Assembly (NCBI GenBank): GCA_900540335.1
Contig: UQFC01000001.1
Span: 14,178 to 78,177 of the forward strand
Length of the DNA: 64,000 nt
From: an uncultured Clostridium sp.
Lineage (GTDB): Bacteria > Bacillota > Clostridia > Lachnospirales > Lachnospiraceae
Direction of reading: 5' to 3'
Below, piece by piece: positions 20,301-30,061 of the stretch (the first letter of the stretch is position 1; every line of letters begins with the position of its first letter). The translations under genes and the position numbers were made by a program. The notes beneath the pieces were generated by a model. The model had not been told where the DNA came from. It ran no database searches and was given only the letters and a program-made list of their open reading frames with translations.

Positions 20301-20543
20301 TGCCTCCAGGCCCTGATTTTCTGCTTCTTTACAGGCATATTTCACCAGTTCAAACCATTCTTCTGAAAGATAGGGTACTGTCATTCCCTGTCTGGCACAT
20401 ATAAAGATGCCTCCAAGCCCCTTTTCTGCCATTTCTTTTATCTGATAGCTGATTTCCTCTTTTGTTATATCTCCATTCCAGAACCAAAACGGCTTAATGC
20501 GATACGAAGCCGGAGGGTTCTGAAATTCATTTCCTGATACCAT
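17382..20543 (-). CDS. Large multidomain glycoside hydrolase of uncertain family, possibly an alpha-L-rhamnosidase-like enzyme
   Basis: The 1053-aa ORF has no signal peptide. Its N-terminal KPFWFWNG motif and TIM-barrel-like region are followed by beta-sandwich domains. It lies in a pectin operon, overlaps GH105 by 4 nt, and has a GGAGGA RBS. Confidence 0.55.
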   Translation of the reverse strand: MVSGNEFQNPPASYRIKPFWFWNGDITKEEISYQIKEMAEKGLGGIFICARQGMTVPYLSEEWFELVKYACKEAENQGLEAWLYDEYPYPSGMSGGEVLLEHPEAEHMVLHHTRLDVSGGSMVEEDLGWNRILFARAYPVNKKGETCWNKELNLADWVGSLQKEKIYQQTGLTKYNNKRFFTYGPSKVLKGRLPELEEGNWRIEIYSEGKLGDFKYYGGFFDPCNRDAVKTFLKTTHERYKKAVGEQFGITVHGMFSDEVGLLSPIPWSRLLPEVFEKRHGYSLLDCLPALHDRTAENALKVRYDLYETAHELFRSSYHKQVSEWCRENNLLYATEVPSMRHSTQRFSDIPGGDTAHEKLGKPLEWIYDEYIPNYRSNAKAVSSLARQLGKKYAMIESFHSVGWTMTLQDAKWMIDRLGSSGINLYNFHAFYYTIQDITKHDAPPSQFLQNPYWKHYRKLADYVGRMGVIVTGTEAETEIAVLDPVAALWTSLGDPFHGFPYQGESNEEKKLCDRIRNKWVEVCKSILFHQMDYDHLDGELLKDAQIRDGKIFLGKAAYSVVIIPPCPCMEAETRKRLLTFAEQGGCVIGIEQIPEYSVDQGETDQETSHAWKQLFERNSAVFLPEFQEDELISQCRKNTKASAVWQMKEGDPRQVIGCIRKDEAGNVYAFLANQGRNPVTADLIYKNDGSVKAFQYDLENGNIQEVSEKDGKMVLSLEGFESRWIKIKKAVDFAEGNIRRENERKIIRIPAEGQWNMKLDGKNICRFGNVEISLDKQEWKKTEVKTFIEQCSGAKLLEKENLCFLGDFGTPRKIRPAYPVSCYYRISFLAEQVPEDLSLFMDRETAAGDCRIQINGRLLEESRWETVRVNDPNNRQIFIGDLVKPGKNEIIFEMRIEKDEDGLRDPVYLRGSFGVKEKNGMFQLVKQPETGTPDGYWCQGIPFYSGTITYKKIMKKKELGVEKDSDENSLLSVRLNQKIPSYDCIQIFINGKDLGVKAYTPYQWECPAGLLKEENEIQIAVTNTLANMLDGTYFDYEKHQLFPVLSKEGENV

Positions 20544-20558
20544 ATCAATATCCTCCTA

Positions 20559-20608
20559 AAAAAATGCAGGAAATGCCTGGACCTGCGCCCTTTTCTGCAT
20601 TTCCTGCA
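20559..20608 (-). terminator. Intrinsic terminator after the SBP gene
   Basis: On the minus strand, GCAGGAAATGC-loop-GCATTTCCTGC is an 11-bp stem followed by TTTTTTT. It ends only about 3 nt before the RBS of the downstream GH gene. Confidence 0.65.
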
Positions 20609-20645
20609 CTTAAATCATTTTATTCTGCTTTCCTGAACGAAACTC

Positions 20646-22181
20646 TTATTTGGAAATCTTCTCATAAGCAGCATTCACTTCTTCAATAACCTTATCACCG
20701 CCGCTCTTGGACCATAAATCCCACTGAGCCTTTAACTGTTCCTCATCAATCTGACCTACTATAAACTGAATTCTTGCATCTTCGATAATCTTGTCCAAAG
20801 CTACTCCATTTCTGGTGTATTCATCTGAGTCACTGAGAATACCTGCTGCCAGATCCGGAACTGCATACTTCTCATTTTCTGCAATTGTTTCCTGCTGTTT
20901 ATAATAGAATTCACTTTCATTTAAGGTTACATACGGATCCATGTTCGGGGGATACTCTGTATAAGTCACCAGCTGGTTCATTGCCTGGAACTCCTGTTTT
21001 AAAGCTGCGTCTCCGGTTCTTGTCAGCTTACCATCAGATTCCAGAGTGTAGTGCTTGCCTTCCAGTCCGTAGTTAGCCAGAGTCAGCATTTCTTCATCGT
21101 TCATCTTGTCCAGGAAATCCAGACACTTGCGCACCTCTTCTTCTGTCTTTGCTGCCTTTGTAATTACAAAAAATCCCTGACATCCCAGTGTAGCCATTGT
21201 GCGCGGTTCTGAATTGTCGTCCTTCTTCACTGCACCCACAAAATCAATCTCAGGCCCTTCAATTCCCTGACTTACATAATAGTCTGCAACACGACGGCCA
21301 TCGTCAATCGTATCGACTAACATACCTGCCTTCTGTGTCTTTAAATCATCTGTTTTTGTTGCCGCATCTCTGGTCGGGAAATCCTTTTTGATAATGCCTT
21401 CCTCACAAAGCTTTCTCATCCAGCGAAGACTTTCTAAATACCCCTGGGTCTGATGATCCGGAATCAGTTTTCCATTTTCCTCGCCCCAGCCATTGGGAGC
21501 GCCAAACCAGGTCTGAATAATATCAAGAGGTGCTGTATACTTGGTCAAAGCTAATCCATATGTATCATCCTGTCCATTTCCATCGGGGTCATTATAGGTA
21601 AATGCATAAAGCATATTATAAATATCCTCGATCGTCTCCGGTTTCTCCAGACCTAATTTATCCGCCCAGTCCTTGCGGTAGGTCATTCCATTTCTTCCCA
21701 AAGGACGTCCTCTGTAAATTCCGTACAGCTTGCCTCCAATACGGATATTATCATTTACCACGGATTTTGAATTTTTCAAATGCGGAAATTCCTGAAGCAG
21801 AGACTCCACATCCCACAAAGCGCCTGCCTTAGCTGCATTAATAATGGCCGGAGATTTTGTTTCTGTAGCTAAAATCTGAGGCATCTCATTGCCTCCGCCA
21901 GCCAGAACCAGATTCAGCTTATCTTCATAATTGTCTTTTGGTGTCCACATAACATCCAGGTTTACATTTGTGTAATCCTCTACCTGCTTCTCGATTCCGG
22001 CTCCAACATCACCTTTCATGGGATTTCCAAAATAATCATACGTCATAACCCGCAGATTATATTTTCCGTCTGTCTCTGTTTCTGCTTCCTTCTTCCCGCT
22101 GCATCCGGTCATACAACCTGCAACTGCTGCCGCTGCTAATCCCAAAGCAATCGTTTTTTTCACATACTTTGTGTTTTTCAT
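20646..22181 (-). CDS. ABC transporter extracellular solute-binding lipoprotein (YesO/LplA-like, family 1)
   Basis: The 511-aa ORF has a lipobox (AGCMTGCSG) and a large SBP fold. It is adjacent to two sugar permease genes. Confidence 0.85.
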   Translation of the reverse strand: MKNTKYVKKTIALGLAAAAVAGCMTGCSGKKEAETETDGKYNLRVMTYDYFGNPMKGDVGAGIEKQVEDYTNVNLDVMWTPKDNYEDKLNLVLAGGGNEMPQILATETKSPAIINAAKAGALWDVESLLQEFPHLKNSKSVVNDNIRIGGKLYGIYRGRPLGRNGMTYRKDWADKLGLEKPETIEDIYNMLYAFTYNDPDGNGQDDTYGLALTKYTAPLDIIQTWFGAPNGWGEENGKLIPDHQTQGYLESLRWMRKLCEEGIIKKDFPTRDAATKTDDLKTQKAGMLVDTIDDGRRVADYYVSQGIEGPEIDFVGAVKKDDNSEPRTMATLGCQGFFVITKAAKTEEEVRKCLDFLDKMNDEEMLTLANYGLEGKHYTLESDGKLTRTGDAALKQEFQAMNQLVTYTEYPPNMDPYVTLNESEFYYKQQETIAENEKYAVPDLAAGILSDSDEYTRNGVALDKIIEDARIQFIVGQIDEEQLKAQWDLWSKSGGDKVIEEVNAAYEKISK

Positions 22182-22213
22182 AATGGCCCTCCATCTTATA
22201 TTTTTTAATTACA

Positions 22214-23134
22214 TTAACCCTTCACTGCACCTACCATAACTCCCTGCTCAAAATATTTCTGAACAAAAGGATATACACACAGAATCGGAATTGTAGCAAC
22301 TACAGTAGCTGCCATCTTTACAGCCTGCTCCGGCGGTGTTCCTCCCGCACCGAAATCAATAGAACTTCCATCTGCGCTGGCACCCTGAGCCAGTAATACA
22401 ATCTGGCGCAAGATAATCTGAACCGGAAATTTTTCTGTACTGTTTAAGTAAATAAGAGAGTTAAAGAAATCATTCCAGTGTGATACTGCATAAAACAATC
22501 CTACAGATGCCAAAGCCGGTTTTGACAGAGGAAGAATAATTTTCATAAAAATCCCCAGATCCGAACATCCGTCTATCTTTGCCGCTTCCTCCAGCTCATG
22601 AGGCAGTTCCTGGAAAAAATTCTTCACAATAATCAGATTAAATGCATTGATTGCACCAGGCAGCATCAATGCCCAGTAGCTGTCCAGAAGACCCAGGCCT
22701 TTCACAACCAGATAATTCGGTATCATTCCTCCGGAAAACAGCATTGTAATAATAATCATGTTTAAAACAACATTTCTGCCTTTTATATGACTTTTTGATA
22801 GTGGATATGCCAGCGTTGTTGTAAAAGCCATATTAATAAAAGTACCTGCAACCATGATCAGAAAGGAATTCATCAGGCCTCGGAAAATACTTCCATCTGC
22901 TGTGATATACTTATAGGCATTCATTGAAAAGGTATGAGGTATCACGAAAAAAGCCCTCTCTACCAGCTCCTTCTCTGTTGCAAAAGAACCTGCAACCACA
23001 TAGAGAAATGGTACAATTGTCAATACTCCGGCCAAAATACAAACGATATAGACAAAAACCATTCCTACCTTCTCTGCCGGACTTAACTGAACACCTCTGT
23101 GTTTCTTTTTACCTGCCGCGATCATCTTTTCCAC
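22214..23134 (-). CDS. Carbohydrate ABC transporter permease (YesQ/LplC-like)
   Basis: The 306-aa ORF has 6 transmembrane segments and a MalG-type permease EAA loop (EAAKIDGCSDLGIF). Confidence 0.85.
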   Translation of the reverse strand: MEKMIAAGKKKHRGVQLSPAEKVGMVFVYIVCILAGVLTIVPFLYVVAGSFATEKELVERAFFVIPHTFSMNAYKYITADGSIFRGLMNSFLIMVAGTFINMAFTTTLAYPLSKSHIKGRNVVLNMIIITMLFSGGMIPNYLVVKGLGLLDSYWALMLPGAINAFNLIIVKNFFQELPHELEEAAKIDGCSDLGIFMKIILPLSKPALASVGLFYAVSHWNDFFNSLIYLNSTEKFPVQIILRQIVLLAQGASADGSSIDFGAGGTPPEQAVKMAATVVATIPILCVYPFVQKYFEQGVMVGAVKG

Positions 23135-23142
23135 CTCCTTTT

Positions 23143-24099
23143 CTAATATAATCCAGTTTCACCACATTTTTTACAAATCCAGTTTGTTGTTACAACCATG
23201 ACCGTAGCTACAAGAGATTTAAACATACCAACTGCTGTACTGTAGGAAAATGCGCCCTGGGTAATACCCAAAGTATACACATAAGTATCAAATACCTCTG
23301 CCACGGAAGAGTTTAAGGAATTCTTCATCAGGAAAATCTGCTCAAAACCTGTATTCAGTAACGTTCCTACTTTCATAATCAGCATAATGATAATCGTGCT
23401 TTTAATCGCAGGCAGTGTGATATGCCACATCTGACGCAGTTTTCCTGCTCCATCTACCTGAGCTGCCTCATACAGCTGGGTATCTACCCCTGCCAGTGCC
23501 GCCAGGAAAATAATCATTCCCCATCCTGTTTCCTTCCAGATATTCTGGATTACAATAATCCACCGGAAATATTTCGGGTCTGCTAAAAATTCCAGCTTTT
23601 CACCAGTCAAAGTATATACAATCTGATTAATAATTCCGGACTCTGTATTCAGCAGTGTAAAGGTAATACTTGCAACAATTACCATAGATATAAAGTGCGG
23701 AATATAAATCATGGTCTGAATTGATTTCTTTACAAATCTGTTCTTAATCTCATTTAAGAGCAATGCCAGTAAAATCGGCATTGGAAAGAAGAAAACCAAA
23801 TTCAGGATGGAAATGGAAAATGTATTGACTAAAAGCATTTTAAAATCCGGGTTCATGAAGAATGTTTTAAAATTCTCCCATCCAACCCACTCACTTCCCA
23901 TGATTCCAAGATACGGGCTGTAATTCTGAAATGAAATAATCAATCCAGCCATCGGTACATACTTGAAAATGATAAAATAAATAATTCCCGGAAGCATCAG
24001 AAGATACATCCACTTGTGCCGTTTCATATAATGCAGCAACGACTCTTTTTTCGTATTATGATATTCTGCTGCATAACCGGCAGTTTTCACTTTTGCCAT
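23143..24099 (-). CDS. Carbohydrate ABC transporter permease (YesP/LplB-like)
   Basis: It is a MalF-type permease (EAAQVDGAGKLRQ). I placed the start at the ATG at 24099, which has a GGGAGG RBS. The ORF-track start at 24168 is upstream of the RBS. Confidence 0.8.
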   Translation of the reverse strand: MAKVKTAGYAAEYHNTKKESLLHYMKRHKWMYLLMLPGIIYFIIFKYVPMAGLIISFQNYSPYLGIMGSEWVGWENFKTFFMNPDFKMLLVNTFSISILNLVFFFPMPILLALLLNEIKNRFVKKSIQTMIYIPHFISMVIVASITFTLLNTESGIINQIVYTLTGEKLEFLADPKYFRWIIVIQNIWKETGWGMIIFLAALAGVDTQLYEAAQVDGAGKLRQMWHITLPAIKSTIIIMLIMKVGTLLNTGFEQIFLMKNSLNSSVAEVFDTYVYTLGITQGAFSYSTAVGMFKSLVATVMVVTTNWICKKCGETGLY

Positions 24100-24463
24100 A
24101 AGCGAACCTCCCTTTCTTTTTGCATATACCCTCTCAGGCATATCTTTCCGCGCATCTACGTTCACCAAGATTCCCCTTTCAGTGTCCGTCCCGCTTGCTT
24201 ATGGTCCCATCTTACAACATCTCATCAAATTTTCAACAATCATTATATTTACCTGTTTTCATCGTTTTATCAGGCCATTTATTGTGCATCTTCACCTGTT
24301 TTTGTGGAAATTATCCGTTTATCACTCAAAATAATCCGTTTATTGCCAGGAATATCCCTGCTTCTCCAGATATGGATTATTAAAAATTCTCTTTTTTTTG
24401 ACAAACTGCTGTATCAAAATTCTTTTTTTATTATCAGACCTGCTTTCCATAATAGCTCTTACG

Positions 24464-24526
24464 AAAAAAAAGAAGCTCGCGAGCGAGCTTCTCCACCTGC
24501 GGCATTTATAAAGGTAAGGCCGCAGG
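24464..24526 (-). terminator. Tandem hairpins with a T-run after the YesS-like gene
   Basis: On the minus strand there are two stems, CCTGCGGC...GCCGCAGG and AGAAGCTC-GCGAGC-GAGCTTCT, followed by TTTTTTTT. Confidence 0.6.
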
Positions 24527-24534
24527 AAATACTG

Positions 24535-26862
24535 CTATTTCTTATTTTGTTTTCGATACTGTCCCGGTGTTATTTCCATGTGTTTTTTAAACAGACGGAT
24601 AAAATTCTGTGCATTGCTGTAGCTTAAACGCTCTGCTATCTCCGCCACTGTCAGATTGGTTTCTGCCAGGAGCTGCTTTGCCATTTCCAGTTTCTGCTTT
24701 GCAATATAATCCGTAAATGTAATGTCCCTGGTATTCTTCATCACTCTCCAGATATAGCTTGGATGATATCCTAACCGTTCTGCACATTCACTTAATGTCA
24801 AATCCCCCTTGCTTTCCTTAACCAGCTCCATGATCTTTTCCAGAACCACCTCTGAACTGTTTTTTCTAAACTGGCTCATCCGTTCAATCACCGGTTGGAG
24901 CACTTTAGTACAGTAAAAATTCCTGATATTTCTGGAATCATATAGCTGATTAAACTGCAGGAACAGATTTTCCTCTCCCTCTGGGAACAAATCGTGGATA
25001 GGAATTCCAGCATCTGCAGGAACAGAAAGAATTGCCAGCAAAAATCTATGATAATAATAATGCTTCTCATATAAAACAATCCCGCTTTTATTCATCTCTG
25101 CCAAAAACTCATCTGTAATTGCAAATGCTTTTTCCTGGTCACAGGCATCTATCGCTTCCTTAACAGCTGTATCCAGAACTAGACTGTATTCACTGCTGCT
25201 TCCTGAATGCTGTATGAGATCGCCATAATAGGTAATAAAGCTCTCCTCCATTGAAATTCCTTCTGTATCCTCATCACGGTTGAATGACTCATTCACCTTT
25301 AAGGCCTCTAAGCTTTCATTGTATGCCCTTCGGAAGCCTGATTCTTTCTGAAAAACACGGCTGACTCCCATATCCATATAACCCCCGCAGATTTCAGATA
25401 CAAAAACAGAAAGATTATTGCGCAAAGCAAGAAGTTTTTCCTCTATCTTATCCTGGCTGCTACCATCCAGGATCATCACAATCACTCTCGTATATACAAA
25501 AGGAGGAAATACGAGAATATTCCGAATCTCATTGGGAAAGTGATTCAGCAATTCCAAATTTAAAGCATCCATGGCCGTCTGCTCCCGGTCCAGTTCATGT
25601 TTTGGACAAAAAATAACAGATGCCACGCATAAATATTGCTGAAATTCCAACTGCAATTTTTCCTTCGTCGCCTGAATTTCCTGCTCTTTGATCCTTCCCC
25701 GGATCAGCCGCATGGCAAACAGCTCGGAAAGCTGTCCTTTCTGGCGATCAATCATGGCTTTTAATTCTTCATTGTGGTATGCCAGAGAATGAAGTCCCTC
25801 CTGAATCAAATCAAACTCATCCTCCGGTTCCTGTCCGGGAACCATTTCTTTTACCTGGGTCACAAGTTTTTTTACCGGCTTATACATAACAAATGAGCCA
25901 AAACCACTGATAATGAAGATGAGAATCAGCACCACTGCGATAATTCCCATCATGGTCAAAAGAATGGAATGAAGCCTGTTTCCCCACTCTCTCGGACTGT
26001 AGCTTGCAATATAAACCCATCCGCTTTCCGCTGCTTTCCGGTTTACGATTTCATATACTCCGGAATCTGTTTCAATCGAGGTTATGCCCCCCTGCTTCAG
26101 CGCCTCAGGATGGTTCTGAAAATAAGTATCTACCGCTGAATTCTCAGTATAAACTGTTTTTCCATCCTGATCCAACACTGTCAGTTCACCATTTCCCAGA
26201 CTTTCTTTAAAAAGCGATTCCAGAGCGCTCTGCTTTAAATTCACCACAAGAACCGCATCTGTGTATGCCGTATAAACCGGAATCTTTAATGCCAGCATCA
26301 AATAATGGTCATTTATATATTCTGATTGAATCTTTTTTTCACCTATGAGCCGGTTGACATGATTAATCCAAAAACTACGTTGATAAGATTCGGACAGTTT
26401 ATCAACCCACTCATCGTTTTCCACAGAATCCATTTCTCTGATTCCCTTATTTGACAAAACCCAATGATTTTTATAATTCAGAAAACTGTATCCGTCTGCA
26501 AAATCCAGGTAGGAAGGATTTTTGCAGATACTGTCAATGAACTGACTTAATACGGGATAAGAAATATCCTGTATATTCTGCTCTACCATCTCTCTTGCAT
26601 CGCTGCTTCCCGCTATCTGAAGGAACTTCTGACGAAATGTGTCTAAAACGCCTTCTGTTTTAATCTCCACCTGCATTAAAGCTGCCTCGTTTGACTGACG
26701 CACACTATTCCTCACTGCCTCTGCGCCGCTGTGGTAAGAATATAATCCTAATATCAGTAAAGGAACAATTGCTATGGCTACAAAACATAAAAAAATTCTG
26801 TGACGAAAACCAAATGTTCTTTTTTTTCTCTCTATCCTCTTATCCTTATCCTGATTCATCAT
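24535..26862 (-). CDS. YesS-like AraC-family regulator with an N-terminal membrane-anchored sensor domain
   Basis: The roughly 775-aa ORF has one N-terminal transmembrane helix and a large extracytoplasmic/linker region. Its C-terminus is an AraC/XylS HTH (LTVAEIAERLSYSNAQNFIRLFKK). I placed the start at the MM pair at about 26862, which follows a GGAG RBS. Confidence 0.75.
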   Translation of the reverse strand: MMNQDKDKRIERKKRTFGFRHRIFLCFVAIAIVPLLILGLYSYHSGAEAVRNSVRQSNEAALMQVEIKTEGVLDTFRQKFLQIAGSSDAREMVEQNIQDISYPVLSQFIDSICKNPSYLDFADGYSFLNYKNHWVLSNKGIREMDSVENDEWVDKLSESYQRSFWINHVNRLIGEKKIQSEYINDHYLMLALKIPVYTAYTDAVLVVNLKQSALESLFKESLGNGELTVLDQDGKTVYTENSAVDTYFQNHPEALKQGGITSIETDSGVYEIVNRKAAESGWVYIASYSPREWGNRLHSILLTMMGIIAVVLILIFIISGFGSFVMYKPVKKLVTQVKEMVPGQEPEDEFDLIQEGLHSLAYHNEELKAMIDRQKGQLSELFAMRLIRGRIKEQEIQATKEKLQLEFQQYLCVASVIFCPKHELDREQTAMDALNLELLNHFPNEIRNILVFPPFVYTRVIVMILDGSSQDKIEEKLLALRNNLSVFVSEICGGYMDMGVSRVFQKESGFRRAYNESLEALKVNESFNRDEDTEGISMEESFITYYGDLIQHSGSSSEYSLVLDTAVKEAIDACDQEKAFAITDEFLAEMNKSGIVLYEKHYYYHRFLLAILSVPADAGIPIHDLFPEGEENLFLQFNQLYDSRNIRNFYCTKVLQPVIERMSQFRKNSSEVVLEKIMELVKESKGDLTLSECAERLGYHPSYIWRVMKNTRDITFTDYIAKQKLEMAKQLLAETNLTVAEIAERLSYSNAQNFIRLFKKHMEITPGQYRKQNKK

Positions 26863-26998
26863 TTTCTCCACGCTGATTTTAAAACCGGTACTTTCCCATA
26901 TTTTTATAAGGTCCATTATTTTAAAGCAATAATCTTCCCAAACAGATATATTCTAACGTATTTACCTAAATATCTCAAGAAAAAAGAAGGTTCTTTCT

Positions 26999-28516
26999 CT
27001 ATTTATGAAATACCAGCGATATATTATGAAATGTGACTCTGCAATTTCTTGCCACATAAAGCCCCAGATAAATAAATTCTCTGTCAATTCCTGTCAGCGG
27101 ATAATCAAAGCCTGCACTTACCGGCGAATTATCTCCATATTTCATCGTAAAACCGTCCTGCGTGCTTATAATTGTCATCAATATTTTATCGCCTGCTTTA
27201 TATACGATTTCTGCCTCCGGCCCAAGCTTCAGCGCTCCGTCTTTTCTCCCGAAACAGTTGACCTTTCCGTTCCATAAAGTACCTGCCGCCACATAATCGC
27301 CTGAAATATCCTCTCTGCTCACATCCACATACATATTGTCCCGGACCATCAGACCAAAAGAGCATTGAAAATCTCCGGAAAATTCTTCAATCACCGCTTC
27401 TGCTTTCCATGTAAAAGCTGCATCTGCAGGGATCTGCAAATAATACATCATAAAACCGTCTACTGCTGAATCAATCTTACCGGTATTATCTGACACCGAC
27501 AGCGTAATCCTGTCATTTTTTATTGCAGCGCTAAAATGTTCTTCGGAAATTTTCTCATCTCCTCCAAGTGCTCCAAACACACTTCCTTTCCACACATATC
27601 CCAATGTATCCTTAAATTCCGGCCATATTCTGCTGGAATGAAGCGGAGGATGATATGGATAAATCCGATACTCCTGGTTCTTCGCCTTCTCAAATTCCGT
27701 TTCATACTCCGGCATGGCACAGTGCTTTGAAAACTTTTTTAAACCGGTATCTGCCTCTGCAATCAGCCAGGCATGCACCTTTGCTCCATAGCGGTTCGTA
27801 TGCGTAAGATCCAGACCAGAAGGAACCATGACAGTCTCCTTCTCCCCCTCTTCATCTTTATATTTTGCACCCGTAAAAGCATGAAGCCACTTTGCATTTT
27901 CTCCAAGACAAAGATTCATTTTCCGTGTCAATTCTGTCATATCAATGCACTGCGTCCTGGTATCCCGGCACAATTGCCTGATAGACTCCGCGTAATCACC
28001 GCCGGGAAACGTCTCCTCGCCCTCTGTCAGAGTTTCTGTAATGTGAACTGCATTTCCTTTATAACTTTCCTCTGTATTTTCATAGGTAAGACGCACAATC
28101 GGAGTACATACAACAGGAATCACTCCAACCTGCCCTGCCCGTTTAATATATTGCTCATAAAGACTCGAAGCAAAACTCCCCTTTGTTTGATAATCTCCAT
28201 TGGGATTTGTATATCGCCCGTCTCCTGTTTTTTCATCATTATGTCCAAAACCAATCAAAAGAAACTGTTCTCTGTCCTTCAGGCTTCCCATCGCAGGAAC
28301 CTTATCATTTCCAGTCAACAAAATCCGATAGTTTTCCATTGCTGTAAAATCCCGGCTGGACGCACCTGAAACAGCCAGGTTATAAACATCTGCATTAAGG
28401 TACTGATCTAATTCCTCGCCGTACCCTTCTCTTGGAAAATAGCTTTGATCCTCAAAAGGTGAAAGAGTCGAATCTCCCACTACCCATATAACAGCTTTTT
28501 CTCGCATTTCCTTCAT
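26999..28516 (-). CDS. SGNH/GDSL hydrolase, rhamnogalacturonan acetylesterase-like (YesT/RhgT-like), with an extra C-terminal beta domain
   Basis: The 505-aa ORF has SGNH blocks (VVGDSTLS, GFGHND, and a catalytic D..H) and a roughly 200-aa C-terminal domain. Confidence 0.75.
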   Translation of the reverse strand: MKEMREKAVIWVVGDSTLSPFEDQSYFPREGYGEELDQYLNADVYNLAVSGASSRDFTAMENYRILLTGNDKVPAMGSLKDREQFLLIGFGHNDEKTGDGRYTNPNGDYQTKGSFASSLYEQYIKRAGQVGVIPVVCTPIVRLTYENTEESYKGNAVHITETLTEGEETFPGGDYAESIRQLCRDTRTQCIDMTELTRKMNLCLGENAKWLHAFTGAKYKDEEGEKETVMVPSGLDLTHTNRYGAKVHAWLIAEADTGLKKFSKHCAMPEYETEFEKAKNQEYRIYPYHPPLHSSRIWPEFKDTLGYVWKGSVFGALGGDEKISEEHFSAAIKNDRITLSVSDNTGKIDSAVDGFMMYYLQIPADAAFTWKAEAVIEEFSGDFQCSFGLMVRDNMYVDVSREDISGDYVAAGTLWNGKVNCFGRKDGALKLGPEAEIVYKAGDKILMTIISTQDGFTMKYGDNSPVSAGFDYPLTGIDREFIYLGLYVARNCRVTFHNISLVFHK

Positions 28517-28663
28517 TATTCATTTTCCTCTCTTCCCTCTTTCTGTTTTCCTCCGACAGCTTAAATAAAGCTTACTGTAACAGACAAGTGTTATTAAAAA
28601 ATAAAAAGATACTGCCCGATCATCATTCAACGTTCGGACAGTACCTTTTATAAAATTCATTTC

Positions 28664-29455
28664 TTACAGAATAATCTTGGAAGGACACTTTTCTGCGCAC
28701 TTGCCGCAGTTTGTACACTTCTCATAATCAATGACAGCTACGTTGTTATCCATGTGAATCGCGTCAAACTCACACTGCTTGGTACACAGGGTACATCCGA
28801 TACAGCCGTTATCACATTTTGCCTTTACGTCCTTGCCCTTATCGTGGGAAGCACACTGTACCAGATGTTTTGCAGAATAGGGAACCAGTTCAATCAGATG
28901 ATTGGGGCAGGCTGCCACACATTTACCGCAGGCAACACATTTTTCCTTATCTACAACAGCAACGCCGTCCACAACATGAATCGCATCAAAAGCACAGGCC
29001 TTTACGCAGGAGCCATAACCCATACATCCGTAGGAGCAGGCCTTTTCGCCGGCGCCGGGAACTACAGAAACCTTGGCACAGTCGTCAATACCAAAGTAAT
29101 TGTACTGTACACGGGTTTTGTCGCAGGTACCTTTACATTTTACAAAGGCAACCTTCTTCTCGGCAGAGCCGCCTTCAACACCCATAATTGCAGCAATCTT
29201 CTCAGCTACAGCCGGACCGCCTACCGGGCAGGCATTGACAGCTGCAGTTCCGGCAGCAATCGCGCTTGCCAGACCGTCACATCCCGGGAATCCGCAGCCG
29301 CCGCAGTTGTTGCCCGGCAGTTCTGCACGAACCAGGATTTCTTTCTCATCTACCTCTACTTTTAACTTCTCACTGGCCAGTCCCAGGAGTACACCGATAA
29401 TAATACCGATAGCACCGATGATTCCTGCTGCCATGAGCAATCCCATCATATTCAT
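28664..29455 (-). CDS. rnfB: Rnf complex subunit B (polyferredoxin)
   Basis: It has an N-terminal transmembrane segment and multiple 4Fe-4S CxxCxxCxxxCP motifs. It is the last gene of the rnfCDGEAB cluster. Confidence 0.9.
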   Translation of the reverse strand: MNMMGLLMAAGIIGAIGIIIGVLLGLASEKLKVEVDEKEILVRAELPGNNCGGCGFPGCDGLASAIAAGTAAVNACPVGGPAVAEKIAAIMGVEGGSAEKKVAFVKCKGTCDKTRVQYNYFGIDDCAKVSVVPGAGEKACSYGCMGYGSCVKACAFDAIHVVDGVAVVDKEKCVACGKCVAACPNHLIELVPYSAKHLVQCASHDKGKDVKAKCDNGCIGCTLCTKQCEFDAIHMDNNVAVIDYEKCTNCGKCAEKCPSKIIL

Positions 29456-29471
29456 CCTTCGATCCCTCCCG

Positions 29472-30047
29472 TTAAATCAGACCGGAAAAGCCCATGAAGG
29501 CAATCGCCATCAGACCGGAGGTGATCAGCACAATGGGTGATCCCTTAAAGTTAAATGGAATATCATTGTCTTCAATGCTTTCACGGATACTTGCCAGCAG
29601 TACAATTGCAATGGTAAAGCCTACTGCAGTACCGAAACCGTTGGCCACGCTGAAAATAAAGTTGTACTCCTTCTGTACGTTGGTCAGAGCGGAACCCAGA
29701 ACTGCACAGTTGGTGGTAATCAGAGGCAGGAACACGCCCAGCGCCTGATACAGAGACTGCATATTTTTCTTCAGGAACATCTCAACCAGCTGTACCAGAG
29801 CTGCAATAACCAGGATAAATGCAATGGTCTGCAGATAGGTCAGGCCTGTCGGTACCAGTACAAAGGTATAAATCAGGTTTGTTACAATAGAGGCCAGCAC
29901 AATTACGAAAATAACGGCTGCGCCCATACCCAGAGAGGTATCTACCTTCTTGGATACACCAAGGAACGGGCAGAGTCCCTGGAACTGGCTCAGGATGATG
30001 TTATTCACCAGAGCAGCGCCCACAATTACTAAAATCAATTCTTTCAT
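29472..30047 (-). CDS. rnfA: Rnf complex subunit A
   Basis: The 191-aa ORF is a 6-transmembrane membrane protein of the RnfA/NqrE family. Confidence 0.9.
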   Translation of the reverse strand: MKELILVIVGAALVNNIILSQFQGLCPFLGVSKKVDTSLGMGAAVIFVIVLASIVTNLIYTFVLVPTGLTYLQTIAFILVIAALVQLVEMFLKKNMQSLYQALGVFLPLITTNCAVLGSALTNVQKEYNFIFSVANGFGTAVGFTIAIVLLASIRESIEDNDIPFNFKGSPIVLITSGLMAIAFMGFSGLI

Positions 30048-30061
30048 CTACTCAGCCCCTC

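Noticed and set aside
28754-29365. Long antisense ORFs inside rnfB (28754-29365, 28819-29187) and similar antisense ORFs elsewhere in the track (122-577, 5080-5608, 32362-33030, 41522-42958, 43086-43892, 55464-56225)
   Set aside because: Each overlaps a strongly supported conserved gene on the opposite strand. They are low-complexity and lack an RBS, as is typical of shadow ORFs.
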